A stretch of 64,000 nt of DNA from Octopus sinensis (Eukaryota), in assembly GCF_006345805.1 (NCBI RefSeq), contig NW_021831990.1, forward strand, positions 1-64,000. The letters are read 5' to 3'. The position numbers were made by a program, and so were the translations under genes. Position 1 is the first letter of the stretch; the number at the start of each line of letters is the position of its first letter. Shown here piece by piece: positions 12,619-26,756 of this stretch. The notes under the pieces are model-generated. The model saw only the letters and a list, made by a program, of their open reading frames with translations, was not told where the DNA came from and made no database searches.

Positions 12619-13431
12619 ATATTTAATTCATTTCAAACTCTTTAAATTTCTATCGAAGGTAGTCATTTATAATATGCGATTTCATCCTTATTTCAAATTG
12701 TCAGGACAGCATTACCCAAGACAAAAAGAAAATTAAACTAAATTTAAAATTTTACGAAGCGAGACATTACTTAGAGATGGAAAATAATTTCAATATGGAA
12801 GACACTCATGGAATGTGTTTTATTTTTCCTTCATCGTTAATGTTTCAGCAATTTAGAGAGAAGAGAGAGAGAGATTTGCCTGTTTCCCTGTTTCTATACT
12901 ATTCCATTAATAATGAATTTAATTCCTTATTCCTATATCATTAATGATTATTTCTAATTTTGGGAAAACGCCAATAATTTTCAGGGAGGAGCAAGTTGAT
13001 TACATCGATACCAGAACTTAATTCCATCTTTCTCTCTCCCCCCTTTTCTCTCTCTCTTTCTCCCTCTCTCTCTGTACTCTCTCTCTCTCTCACTCACTCT
13101 CTCTCTCTATCAATTTATCTATCTCCCTACACCTCTGTCGCTGCTTCACTTTGTTCACACTAACGGGACATTTAATCATTATTCATTCCACTATAACTGA
13201 ATTTTATCCCGTATTGCAATATTTATTCTATTGTTACTGAATTTTAATTTCAAAATAGAGATCAAAAAGTCGACAGAAGTGCATGGAATCTTCTTTTATT
13301 TAATCTATATACTTTTCTTTCAAATCACCTGGTGCTCTACTTCCTGCTTATCCATCCATGAAAGACAAAAAGTGTACCAGTAATTTAGTATTTCAATCTT
13401 GAGTATTATGGGTCAGTACTCATGGAATTGT

Positions 13432-13970
13432 CGCTCAATCTTTATGCTATCATGGCTCAATCGTTATAGTAACATAACTCAATCTTCATAGTATTAGGAT
13501 TCAATCTTTATTGTAGCATGGTTCAATCTTTATAGCATTATGACTCAGTTTTTATAGTATTATGACTCAATCGTTATAGTATTATGACTCAATCTTTACA
13601 GTATTATGACTCAGACTTTATAGTATTATGACTCAATCTTTATAGTATTATGACTCAGTTTTTATAGTATTATGACTCAATCTTTATAGTAACGTGGCTC
13701 AATCTTCATAGTATTATGGCTCAATCTTTATAGTAACATGGCTCAATTTTTATAGTAACATGGCTCAATCTTCATAGTATTATGGCTCAATCTTTATAGT
13801 AACATGACTCAATCTTTATAGTACTATAGCTCAATCTTTATAGCAACATAGTTCAATCTTCATAGTAGAATGACTCAATCTTTATAGTAACATGACTCAA
13901 TCTTTATAGTACTATAGCTCAACCTTTATTGTAACATGGCTCAATCTTAATAGTATTGTGGCTCTATCTT
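13432..13970. repeat. 22-bp minisatellite (~24 units), consensus TGACTCAATCTTTATAGTATTA
   Basis: Direct reading of tandem units. Confidence 0.93.
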
Positions 13971-14462
13971 AGATACTAATCTTTCTTTTATTTGTTTGAT
14001 CAAAACCCAAAATACAAAAGGATTAACTCCTGAAAAGGTTGGCAGTAACTATATAAACATTACACGTGTAATCAGTAATACGGAGTAGGAAGCTCTTTAA
14101 CACCAAAATACGTCTTCGACTATTTCTCTAGATGTGTGTATGTATGTATGTATGTGTGCATGTGTGTGTATGTGTCTGTGTGTAGACGTGTGTAGTGACA
14201 TTAATATAAACTATAACACTAAGATCTAAAGAATACATTTATAAGTTTTCGTAATTGATTATTTTCTAAAGTTTCAACTTGCAACAGACCTATTGATCAA
14301 GCTGAACCTGTAATTTCATTCAGGAAGCTTCTTCTGTGTATTGTTCAGACAATAGAACACAGAACCAGTTAAATCAACAAAAGATATCAAATGGATGAAG
14401 ATATGTTTATATTTCTATACTTTTATATTTTTATATTCTTTGCTTTCTCTCTCTCTCCTCTC

Positions 14463-14497
<35 letters not shown>

Positions 14498-14959
14498 TTC
14501 TCTCTGTGCTTTCTCTTCTGTTGTTTTTCTCTTATATTTATTAAACATCTTCAAAGACTGTCATTATTCCAAATTGATTTTATAATAAAAATATAGTAAT
14601 GTTGAAATTCTTCGAAATTTAGTGTTCTTTTCTTATTACAATAACAGCAACTGCTGCTGTTGGTGCTGTTGCAGTTACTCTTAGAGTTACTGCTGCTGTT
14701 TCTGTTGCTGCTTAATGTTGTTGTTTCTGCAATGCTATTATTATATATATTTTTTTTCCCTTTAATTTTGATATATTTTTCAGCAGTGAATTTAATTACC
14801 GTGGGAAGGAAGACATGTTGTGCATCTCGACCGAAGACAAAAGTATGAATTTTTGTTTTTACATCCATACATCAACATAGATTACTTTCCATTCAACTTT
14901 AATTGTTGACCTTTCTCTTTTTGTGGCACACTTTTACTAGTCTTATTCCTTTCATTATC

Positions 14960-14960
14960 A

Positions 14961-15002
<42 letters not shown>

Positions 15003-15100
15003 TATTATTATTATTATTATTGTTATCATCATCATCATCATCATCATTATTATTATTATTATTATTGTTATTATTATCATTATTATTATTATTATCATCA

Positions 15101-15140
<40 letters not shown>

Positions 15141-15153
15141 CATTATTATTATC

Positions 15154-15218
<65 letters not shown>

Positions 15219-15235
15219 CATCATTATTATTATTA
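14960..15235. repeat. (ATT)n/(ATC)n microsatellite
   Basis: Direct reading. Confidence 0.97.
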
Positions 15236-15833
15236 GTATAGTCGTTTCTGTTGTTGCTCTTGTTGTTTCATCTCTACTGGAACTGTAATGATTAAAATAT
15301 GATAGCTTTTCAGGAAAAATCGATTATTTACATAAGCATAAAGTCTCCGAGATCTTGAAATAAAGGAAGTGAAATTGCATGATTTTTCAACCGATGTAAC
15401 GAAATTTAATCGCGGACTCAGCTGAACGGAAATTACCAAGTTTTTGTACGAAGTTCACGTTAAAACTCTTTCGATGCATGGAAAAGGTTAAAAGGTCTAC
15501 ATTTTGTGGAATGGAATTAAATTCAAAATTGTTCGAACTTGAAATAAACGGAATCAAATCATAAAGTTTGTATATAATTTGAACATGTCACAATCCTGAA
15601 CTAGAACAAACTTTATTTTAAAATAGGTTTATTTTCTCTAAAATGTTCCACGTACACACTTTCAAACTTAATGAGTACAGCTGACCATACCCAAAAAAGT
15701 CTGACATGAAACTTAAGTATGAGTTTGTAATTGTGCTTACAATAGGCAACACATCCTGCTCTCTTCTAAAATAAAGGTGCGTTGAGAGTTTTATATTTCG
15801 TTGAAATAAAACAGAACGTTTGAGCATACATTT

Positions 15834-15894
<61 letters not shown>

Positions 15895-15996
15895 CTCTAC
15901 CTCTCTCCCTCCCTCTTTCTCTCTTTCCCTTTCTCTTTCTCTGTCTCTCACTCACCGTATATGTGAATGTGTATGGGTATACGTATACATTCATGT

Positions 15997-16054
<58 letters not shown>

Positions 16055-16078
16055 TATATGTATGTATGCGTATGTATG

Positions 16079-16118
<40 letters not shown>

Positions 16119-16181
16119 TATATAATACATACATATATATATATATATATACATACATATATATATATATGTATGTATGCG

Positions 16182-16216
<35 letters not shown>

Positions 16217-16222
<6 letters not shown>

Positions 16223-16409
16223 TGTTGTGTCTGGGGAGAGTCATTTTTTCTGTGCTTTATAATTTAACACACTCACCGGTAAAATTTCCACTTATTCCTT
16301 AGTTTTGAAATAAAAATAAAAGTAAGGAATTACTGGAAATTTTATCGGTGAGTGTGTTAAATTATAAGGCACAAAAAGAAAATGACTGTCCCCAGACACA
16401 ACAGAATAT
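16217..16409. mobile_element. Foldback MITE (~190 bp) with ~70-bp inverted arms
   Basis: CTGTTGTGTCTGGGGAGAGTCATT...CACACTCACCGGTAAAATTTCCA versus TGGAAATTTTATCGGTGAGTGTG...AATGACTGTCCCCAGACACAACAG. Confidence 0.85.
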
Positions 16410-16513
16410 GCTTCAACACACGTACTCAAATAAAGAATTTTGCAAACCAAATCCAAAAACGATATATATATATTCTTTTTTTTTTACTCCTTTACTTGTT
16501 TCAGTGATATGAC

Positions 16514-16834
16514 GAAAGACAAAAAAGTACAATCCCTTAAAGTTTGAAATAGGAAGAATTTGGAGTATGAGAACAGTAAAGCTTGTGTCTATAATAATTG
16601 GTGCTTTGGGGACAGTTAGAAAAGATGCAGACAAAGGGCTGAAGGAGATTGGAATAGAATGTTCTGTAGAGATCCTACAGAATATGTGTCTCTTAAGGAC
16701 AGAAAAGCTTATCAGCAGGATTCTAAGCACTTGAAAGACTACTGGAAACTTGTGGATATCTATGGTTATAGGTAGCAGCCCGCTACCTGCATAATTCTGA
16801 CCAGGAATAAGACCGAACCTGTGCCAAGCCAAAT
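16514..16834 (+). mobile_element. R4/Dong-clade non-LTR 3' end (RLE C-terminus plus 3'UTR) running into (TAA)n
   Basis: KYNPLKFEIGRIWSMRTVKLVSIIIGALGTV...LQNMCLLRTEKLISRIL*; (TAA)n at 16835-17035. Confidence 0.8.
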
Positions 16835-16847
16835 GATAATAATGATG

Positions 16848-16918
<71 letters not shown>

Positions 16919-16977
16919 TAATAATAATAATAATAAAATAATAATAATAATAAAATAATAATAATATAATAATAATA

Positions 16978-17035
<58 letters not shown>

Positions 17036-18388
17036 CATTTAGAAACTTTAATATCTCTAATTTTGTGTGAACATTTTGTCTTTCCTTCTTCCCTGACTAA
17101 CAGAATATGTAAACATACCCTCTATTGTAACAACATAATTAAATGCACAAAAAAAAAATAGGAAAGTAAGTACCTGTCAATATAAACATACTGAAAAATT
17201 ACAAAAACTGTAAACCACAGCAAAACGTTTAAAAAAGAAAAGAAAAATTCCAAAAGAAAGAGAAAAAGAAATTCAGAAATTCAAAAATCCTACAAGGTGA
17301 ACATTTCTTGTTCCTACTATTCACAAAGATTGGAATATCTACAATTTCCTGTGAATTTTTTAAATCTCCCTCAAAATAAAATAAGTTAGGAAACTTACAT
17401 ACCTACAGCTTTCGAACACACAAACGATCAGCTTTAAAAAAAACCTTTAATATTTCCAACTACTGTGTGAATGCCTATCCGTTCCTTTCTACCTGAGTAT
17501 TCGAAAATGTAAACATCATCCTCCTTTTTATTCTAAGAACATTACCATTTCAGTCTGTGCGGTCATACAAAAGACCATAATAAGTAAATCTTAAAACTTT
17601 ACTATCGACAACTTGTTTTCTTTTATTTTTAATCTCCCTGAGTATTCGAAAATGTAAACATCCCTTTCATTGCAAAAGTCCTACTGTATTCTCCAACTGG
17701 ACAGACAAACGAACATCTCAAGAAAACTTTAAACTTTAATATATTACCCAAATACGTAAACACGCCTTTTATTGCAACAACACAATTGAATTCAGAAATT
17801 AAAAAATTCAACGACGTGAATATCAGTATATATATATATGTGTGTTATTATTGTTTTTTCTACCAGTAATTACAAATAGAGCAGGTTGAATTGCTTCTTT
17901 TCAAGGCAGCGCTCTCAGTGGTCACTGGTAGCAGTAAACATATTTGACCTCTGCTGACCCAAAGGGTACGAAGATTCCTTTGTCTCTATGGCTGACCTCC
18001 CCACCATCTGCCGAATCTATGTATAGACCTGTAGAATATGATCTATCCACCAACTTGCTACCTAACTATTTCCTCCAACAACTACATATTTGTGATTATC
18101 TCAAGTACAAGACAAAAGTTGAAAATAAAGAACATGTAGTAAAATCTTTTAATAATAACTGGAAATAGTAATAATGATAATAACAATGGTAGTGGTGGTT
18201 ATGGTGATAATGATAAAAATAAAAATAATAATATGCTGCAGCTGCTAATACTAAATACTACTAATACTACAATAATACCACAACTACTACTATTATGATA
18301 GCACAGGAATCTGAGGCCCAACTACCACCTTTACCACTACCCCACCCCTGCTAGTGTTGCTGTTGCTACAACCACTGCTGCTACTACA

Positions 18389-18416
<28 letters not shown>

Positions 18417-18420
<4 letters not shown>

Positions 18421-18881
18421 GATGGGCTACAGCAAATATTCTGCTCAATACCACAGATTTGCTTGTCAGTTGTTTGACCTTAACCAGTTGAGCATGTCCC
18501 TTAGTGGCTGACGATATGTGCATCTCTGATGACGAGCAGAAGTAGTGGGGGAGCATCATAGCCATGTGTTGAGAGGGATTCTTTGGGGTTTGAATAATTC
18601 ACCTCTGGAAACATGGGTGGTTCTTTCAACATCCTTAAACAACCCTTATTCAGGGACCTTTTGAGCGGGATGGGCTACTCAACCTGAAGAAAATTCTAAC
18701 TGGGCCTCACCTGCAAGGTCATGTGCTGTTTATCTTGATATAAGATCACCATGTCGCGCACATATGGTTGTGATGCATGTGCCTGGTCTACCCTTATCAG
18801 ACGGGTAGTCATGATGGGTATATTGGGCTTCGTATATTTTACCCCAGTGTCACTTTGATGGCATGAACTGCTCTCTCACTC
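18417..18881 (+). mobile_element. Non-coding (TAA)n-flanked element (family D); other copies at 19425-19565 and 36107-36395
   Basis: Near-identical sequence at three loci; junctions fall in AAT repeats (3' end CTGCTCTCTCACTC-AATAAT). Confidence 0.85.
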
Positions 18882-18925
<44 letters not shown>

Positions 18926-19565
18926 GGAAACGGGTGGAACTTCCCCATGGGCTGATTAATGATACATCTCGTGATGGTGTTACAATAAAAACACTGGTAA
19001 TTGCGCAATCTGATAATCGCAAATTCATACGAATGACAATGAATAAACAAAATATTGTGAATAATGGTGATAATGAAACTGAAGACAATGATGGTGACAG
19101 TGTTACACCCGGTTGGCTCAGAGATTCTGGTCCGGCTCCAGCCTGTCGGTATCCAGAAAGGAACCACCACACATGGCGTAGATTGAGTAAGCAAATTAAT
19201 ACTGTGGTCATGTAGTGCTACTACCTGAGCAGTTCGGTAGATGAAAATGGTGCTCAAATTAGGGGTTACCGACAATGTATGTATGATCATTGGAGAGAAA
19301 AGGGATTGTTTCAACTCACGGAACAGAGACTATGTGATCAAGCTAGAGCAATAAGAATAAATTGTTGGTTCAAAGAAATAGAGCTCGAAGCTATCAAAAC
19401 ACAAGTCATGGAAAATAGCAGTAGGGATCTCCATGTCGCGCACATATGGTTATGATGCATGTACCTGGTTTGCCCTTATCGAGCTGGTAGTCGTGATGGG
19501 TATACTGGGCTTCGTATATTTTACCTTAATGTCACGTTGATGGCATGCACTGCTCTCTCTCACTC

Positions 19566-19633
<68 letters not shown>

Positions 19634-20690
19634 GGCGCAGGAGTGGCTGTGTGGTAAGTAGCTTGCTAACCAACCACATGGTTCCAGGTTCAGTCCCACT
19701 GCGTGGCATCTTGGGCAAGTGTCTTCTGCTATAGCCCCGGGCCGACCAATGCCTTGTGAGTGGATTTGGTAGACGGAAACCGAAAAAAGCCTGTCGTATA
19801 TATGTATATATATGTATAAGTTTGTGTGTATATGTTTGTGTGTCTGTGTTTGTCCCCCTAGCATTGCTTGACAACCGATGGTGGTGTGTTTACGTCCCCG
19901 TCACTTAGCGGTTCGGCAAAAGAAACCGATAGAATAAGTACTGGGCTTATAAAGAATAAGTCCCGGGGTTGATTTGCTCGACTAAAGGCGGTGCTCCAGC
20001 ATGGCCGCAGTCAAATTACTGAAACAAGTAAAAGAGTAAAGAGTAATAATAATAACAATAACAACAAAGAGAGCGAATAATGCCGATGTTGACGAAGCTC
20101 TTACCCATCAATGACAAATGGATTCTGGCTTAAAATCAGAAACAGAAGGTTTATCGCAGAGGCCCAAGATCAATGCCTACCTACAAGGAACTACGAGGCC
20201 AACATATTAAAGAACAGCAGCTTCCCAACATGTCCTGTATATCAACAAAAAATTAAACCATTGATCATGTTGTCTCCATGTGCAGTCTTCTAGCGCCTAC
20301 AGAATATCTCAACAAGCATGATAGAGCTGCACAGTATATTCACGGGGTTATATACAAAAACCTGGATTTGCCCCATCATAAAAACTGGTGGGAACACAAA
20401 CCACCTCCAGGGCTTGAAAATGGTCACATCTCACCCCTCTGGAACTTCACTATTCAAACTGACAGAAAGATAGATGCAAATAGGCCAGACATTACATTGA
20501 AAGACTTCAGACAAAACTAATGCCTCTTCGTTGATATGACTGTCCCAATCGATATAAACGTATCTGTCAAGACCTACCAAAAACTGAGTAAGTATAAAGC
20601 TCTTGAAATAGAAATTGGCAAAATGCGGAACCTCAAGACTAAAACAATACCTGTTGTCATAGGTGCCCTAGGAATGATAGCAAAACGGGC
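18926..20690 (+). mobile_element. Internally deleted R4/Dong-clade element (N-terminus; zinc knuckle plus PD-(D/E)xK endonuclease), interrupted by D and B repeats
   Basis: N-terminal SKQINTVVM*CYYLSS..GYRQCMYDHWREKGLFQLTEQRLCDQARAI; C-terminal AQDQCLPTRNY..TCPV..ETIDHVVSMC..HDRAAQYIH..RPDI..DMTVP..KYKALEIEI..PVVIGALG; starts directly after (TAA)n. Confidence 0.82.
19633..20045 (+). mobile_element. SINE family B
   Basis: Consensus match. Confidence 0.88.
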
Positions 20691-21166
20691 GGAAGTTGAA
20701 CTCACAAAACACAGAAGGACAAAATAGCCCTGTGCCCAATAATGATGATGATGATGATGATGATGATGCGATTAGGTCATAAGCAAACTGTAGAGGAAAT
20801 GTGAAAACAGTAAAGGATGTAAATAAATTTCGATAAATAAAAAGAATTAAGAAGCTACAATAAGGCTTTTGGTTGCTGGCTGAAGATGATTTATTGGAAG
20901 AAAATCAGATAAAAATACTAAAATTATAGGAATCAGTTAGTTGCTGTATAAACTTTATTAAATCATTTAAATTATTAAATATAAACTGAAACTTACGTCT
21001 TCAAACGGTGCGTATTATAGCATACGTACAGGCATGCTTGCATACATATATACACTATATATTTTAATATACATATATACATAAAATGTAAATATATTTC
21101 TATTTAGATAGAGAGAGAGAGACAGACAAACAGACAGAAGACAGTCAGACAGATAGATATCGTACT

Positions 21167-21244
<78 letters not shown>

Positions 21245-21451
21245 CACATAGGTAGCTAGATACACACACGTATATTTAAATATAGGTACATACATATACC
21301 AATGTATGGATGTATGGATATGTTTGTGTATAAACATTTATACGCATATATATACACACATATATATATAGATACATATACATATAGAGAGAGAGAGACG
21401 GACAGACAGACATGTATATAGATATATATATGTACATATATATATTATATG

Positions 21452-21485
<34 letters not shown>

Positions 21486-21716
21486 ATATATATACACATA
21501 TATGTATATGTATGCATGTATGTATGTACTTCTGTATATATAAATATATGTATATATATATATACATATATATGTAAATATATATATACTTATATTTATA
21601 TATACATATACATATGTATATATATACATACATACATACATACATTAATTTATATATTCATCAATATATATGCTTGCAGTTATGTATAGATATATAGATA
21701 GCTATACATGTGTGTG

Positions 21717-21780
<64 letters not shown>

Positions 21781-22514
21781 CATATAACATATATATATAT
21801 ATACATATATATGTATATATATATATATACACACATTATATAAGCTTTCATCTTTTATAGCTGCTCTTTACATTAAGTTTCATTTATATATTTCTCAGTT
21901 GATTTGTTTTAAATTTAATTATTTGGTTTTCGTTTCTTTGAAAGTGAATTCAATTTTGAGTTTTTCATTAAGGTAAATATTTTATATACCAGTACATGCA
22001 TACCTTACTCTGTTTGATATCAACGTCCATGTACGCCGTTGTGTTTCTGCATGTGTTTGTGCATAAACTTATGCATATGTAAGCGTGTTTTTCTATCTGG
22101 AATATTCTGCTATAAAGATATAAGATTGTTTGTGTGTGTACGTCTACATGTGTGCTTACACGCATGCGCATGTTTCTATATGCGCATGTTTATTTGTGCG
22201 CAGGTTTATGTAGGTCTGTTAGTGTTTATGTAAGTATATGGAAGTGTGTTTGTGTGTACGCACGATTTGATGTATGTGTATTTATGTGTGTTTGTGTTTG
22301 CATGTTTGTGTAGATGCATGTGTGCATTTATGTTTGCATTTAAGTATGCAGGTATTACGTAGGAATATATATATATGCAGACATGTATGGAGTTGCATAT
22401 GTATGCATATGCAATAAAATATGTATGTGGGCGTGTGTATGCATGGACGTATCTCTATCAATATACAAAAATGTACGCATCTCTATACGCACGAGTGTAT
22501 GTATGTATGTACAA

Positions 22515-23295
22515 GCTCAATATACGCATTGGCAAGGCAGCTGCTGTGATGGCCCAACTCTCCAAACGAGCATGGGACAATAAGCTGACCAAGACCACAA
22601 AAAGGAAGATCTACCAGGCATGTGTACTTAGCACTCTACTGTATGGAAGTGAGACTTGGACGTTATAGACACGCCAAGGGCGTCGCCTAAATATCTTTCA
22701 CCTCCGCTGCCTCCGGAAAATCCTTCGCATCAAATGGCAGAATCATGTCCCCAACAAAGATGTCCTCAAGCAAGCAGGAATACCAAGCATGTTTGCACTC
22801 CTCACACAAAGACGTATGAGATGGCTTGGACATGTTAGCCGTATGGAAGATGGCAGAATCCCCGAGGACATACTCTATGGAGAGCTTGCTAGGGGCAACG
22901 GTCTGTGGGAAGACCGTTCTTACGATACAAGGATGTTTGCTAAAGGGACATGAAGGCCTGCAACATCAATATTAGCAACTGGGAAGCAGTTGCCAGCAAC
23001 CGTGGAGAATGGCGACGTACCGTAAAAGAGGGAACACAAAGGAGTGACAGAGAGAGAGAGGGGAGAAATGGAAAGACAAGAAAAGACGTCAACAAGAAAG
23101 TATGACATTACAACTAGCCAGGCAAAGTCTTCGCTACAATTGCGGCACCTACCAGAGGGAGTGTTTGTCCAGGATAGGACTACACAGCCACAGCAGGAGA
23201 TGTATCAGGACATGAAGTGTAAAAGCCGGACTAGATTATTTTTATACGCAACTCCATTGTCTCCCGAGACAAAAAGGATGCCAACCAACAACAAT
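22515..23295 (+). mobile_element. RTE (BovB-like) LINE 3' fragment
   Basis: RIGKAAAVMAQLSKRAW..KIYQACVLSTLLYGSETWT..FHLRCLRKILRIKWQ..RWLGHVSRMEDGRIP..LYGEL; terminal zinc finger region and (CAA)n-like tail. Confidence 0.9.
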
Positions 23296-23656
23296 GTGTA
23301 TATGGACGCACGTATGCATGAATGCATTTTTGATGTATGGTTGTGCGAACGTTTATATGCATGTATGTATGGCATGCACATATCTATGTATAGATCCACA
23401 TATCTATGTATGGCATGCAAATATCTGTGTATGGCATGCACATATCTTTGTATACATACATATTACTATGTATAGCGGGCACGCCCGTATTTACGCACCT
23501 ACATATGTATGCATGTATGCATGAATGCATATATGAATGTACGCATGTATGCATGCACATATGTATGTATGCATCTATATATGCATCCGGATATTGGGCC
23601 CTGGTACGAGAGTTCCAGGGTCTTGGGACTATGGACAATATTAGTCAATATTCGTT

Positions 23657-24050
23657 TCTACTCTAGACACGAGGCCCTGAATTTTGAGGGAGGGGGAGCT
23701 AGTTGATTAGATCGACCACAGTACACAACTGGTACTTAATTTATCGAGACCGAAAGAATGAAAGGCAAAGTTGACCTCGGCAGAATTTGAATTCAGAACG
23801 TGGCGGCAGACGAAATACCTATTTATTTATTGCCCACAAGGGGCTAAACACAGAGAGGACAAACAAGGACAGACAAACGGGTTAAGTCGATTATATCGAC
23901 CCCAGTGCGTAACTGGTAGTTAATTTATCGACTCCGAAAGGATGAAAGACAAAGTCGACCTCGGCGGAATTTGAACTCAGAACGTAACGGCAGACGAAAT
24001 ACCGCTAAGCATTTCGCCCAGCGTTCTAACGTTTCTGCCAGTTCGCCATT
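23657..24050 (-). mobile_element. SINE A dimer: head-core-A1, core-A2
   Basis: Junction GACGAAATACCTATTT at ~23819. Confidence 0.88.
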
Positions 24051-24649
24051 GTTTCGAAATCTACTCTGACCCGGATTAACAGCACCTATTAGGGTCCCAG
24101 CTATGGATCTGTGGGTTAATTACGACCACTGAGGTAAAGAACCTCTTCTTCTTGTTAGAATTTCCTTCAAGGAGACAGTAAACTTATAAAGAACCTGAAG
24201 TGCAGTTGGGTTTCTTGTTGTTTCACACTCTGTTGTGCCTCTGGATTCATAGCGGATTGCATCGAAAAGTTGATTCATTGCTGTGCAACACCTCATCCAC
24301 TCAGAACAATTTCATGCACAGGAACTTCTCGGTCTCTTGCATTATTTACTAGGACTTACTGTGTTTAGGATGTGGTCTTATTCGGTAACGAGTTGACCTC
24401 CGTTATATTTGTATGTATGCATGTATGTACGTACGCATGTGTGTACGTATGTAGAAGAAATAATTGACTGGATCACTTTCAGCGATAAATATTCCAGATG
24501 ATAAATTAACTGAGCTCTTTACACATGGACTGATAATATGAGTAACTGAGTATTCCGTATACAATCGTAACTTTAATATAATCCTTAAACAGAATCAGCG
24601 CAGCAGTGTAAATAAGATGGCCGCCTCCATTACAAGTACAAACCATTAT

Positions 24650-25075
24650 CTTTTACTTGTTTCAATCATTAGACTGCGGCCATGCTGGGGCACCGCCTTG
24701 AATTTTTAGTCGAATGAATCGACCGCGGTACTTCTGTTTTTGTTTTTGTTTTTTGCTTTTTTTTTTTTTTTTTTAACTTGGTACTTATTGTATAAGTCTA
24801 TTTTGCAGAACTGCTACGTTACGGGGACGTAAACACACTAACACTGGTTGTCAAGCACTGTGGGGAAACAAACACAGACAGGACGACGCATGCACACACA
24901 CATAGATATACAATACATATATTTATACGTTTCCGTCTATCAAATCCACTCCCAAGGCTTTGGTTGGTCCTAGGCTATTGTAGAACATACTTACCAAAGA
25001 TGCCACCCAGTGGGACTGAACCCGGAACAATCTGGCTGCAAAGCAATCTTCTTACCACAGAGCCACGCCTGCGTC
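24650..25075 (-). mobile_element. SINE family B (left member of an inverted pair)
   Basis: Consensus match. Confidence 0.82.
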
Positions 25076-25144
25076 TGATGAGCTTTCACGCAGGTGTGTT
25101 TGGCTCCATTTACTCGCAAGGTTTTGTTCTATTAAAATAATTCC

Positions 25145-25525
25145 ACATTGGCTGTGTGGTAAGAGGTAAGAAGCTTGATTTCCAACCACATGGTTCCGGG
25201 TTCAGTCCCACTACGTGGCAACTTGAGCAAGTGTTTTTTACTATAGCCTCGAGCCGACTTAAGTCCTGTGAGTGGATTTGATAGACGGAAACTGAAAGAA
25301 GCCCATCGTATATTTATATGTGTTGTGTGTGTGTGTAAATATATATTTGCGTATCTGTGTTTGTCCCCCAACCATCGCTTGACAATTGATGTTGGTGTGT
25401 TTACGTCCCCGTAACTTAGCGGCTTGGCAAAAGAGATCAATAGAATAAGTACTAGGCTTACAAGAAATAAGTCCTGGAGTCGATTTGTTCAACTAAAGGC
25501 GGTGATCCAACATGGCCGCAATCAC
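25145..25525 (+). mobile_element. SINE family B (right member of an inverted pair)
   Basis: Consensus match. Confidence 0.85.
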
Positions 25526-25527
25526 AA

Positions 25528-26020
25528 CGGTTAGATGGTAATCGATGACGGTTGCTATGTACGCGTTCGCCACCTCCGCCCGACCTTTTAGGGATAGCTT
25601 CTACTTGGCCACCCTACTCGTTAACTCGTGCCAGTTCTTCTCCATTTGGAAGTCCGGACCGAACCAGACCCCGAGCAATTTAACCGGTCCGTCGGTTCAG
25701 CGTCCCACGATGGAGACGCTGTTGGACGGCATGGGCTTGCTTCTCTAGGTGCCGAGTGGCAAGCCCACTGACTTTTCTCGGTTAATTTTCGCTCCTGTTA
25801 CCGCTTCGTATTATTTTAGCGTCTCACCGACCATGTAGATGTGCCTGTGGGACAACACTATCACGGTGACGTCGTCAGCCCATGCAGACACGCTCCCCCC
25901 GCATCCGTTCTCACGGGATGCTTCTCAGCGTCACAAGCTTCCGCAGTAGTGGCTCTAGAGTCAATACATACAGAAGCGACGAGAGGGGAGCATTCTTGGC
26001 GGACTGAACGCATTATGTTT
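25528..26020 (-). mobile_element. Tx1 ORF2 (RT) fragment; 5' junction lies next to (GATA)n
   Basis: Aligns by eye to 39590-40085, e.g. GTACGCGTTCgCCACCTCCGCCCGACCTTT; (GATA)n at ~26037-26095. Confidence 0.88.
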
Positions 26021-26036
26021 TATGGTCTGTACATAC

Positions 26037-26095
<59 letters not shown>

Positions 26096-26360
26096 CTTCG
26101 ACTTTTTAAAATCAAATTTGAAACACCATAAATTATGCTACAAATATCTTGAATCGCAGCAGGTAGGGAAACATGGAGAATTACGATTTGGTGCGCTGTT
26201 AATATTTTTTACTTGACAGAGCTAAACACATTGAATTGCAATGACAACTTCGTAAAAATGAGATTAATATCAATAGATTTGCAAGAGCTTCTCATTCCTT
26301 CTTTAAATGTTCTTTACGCACAAAAGTATGCGTGTTTCATGCTGGTATAAGATCGCACCA

Positions 26361-26756
26361 AGGCGGCGAGCTGGCAGAAACGCTAGCACGCCGGGCGAAA
26401 TGTCGCTACGTTCTGAGTTCAAATTCCGCCGAGGTCGACTTTGCCTTTCATCTTTTCGGGGTCGATTAAATAAGTACCAGTTACGCACTGGGGTCGATAT
26501 AATCGACGTAATCTTTTTGTCTGTCCTTGTTTGTCTCCTCTGTGTTTAGCCCCTTGTGGGTAGTAAAGAAATGGGTATTTCGTCTGCAGCTACGTTCTGA
26601 GTTCAAATTCCGCCGAGGTCGACTTTGCCTTTCATCCTTTCGGGGTCGATTAAATAAGTGCCAGTACGCGTTGGGGTCGATATATTCGACTTAATCCGTC
26701 TGTCTGTCCTTGTTTGTCTCCTCTGTGTTTAAACCCTTGTGGGTAGTAAAGAAATA
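26361..26756 (+). mobile_element. SINE A dimer (A1+A1) with 17-bp TSD GGTATAAGATCGCACCA
   Basis: TSD at 26344-26360 and 26757-26773; internal junction at ~26574. Confidence 0.92.
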
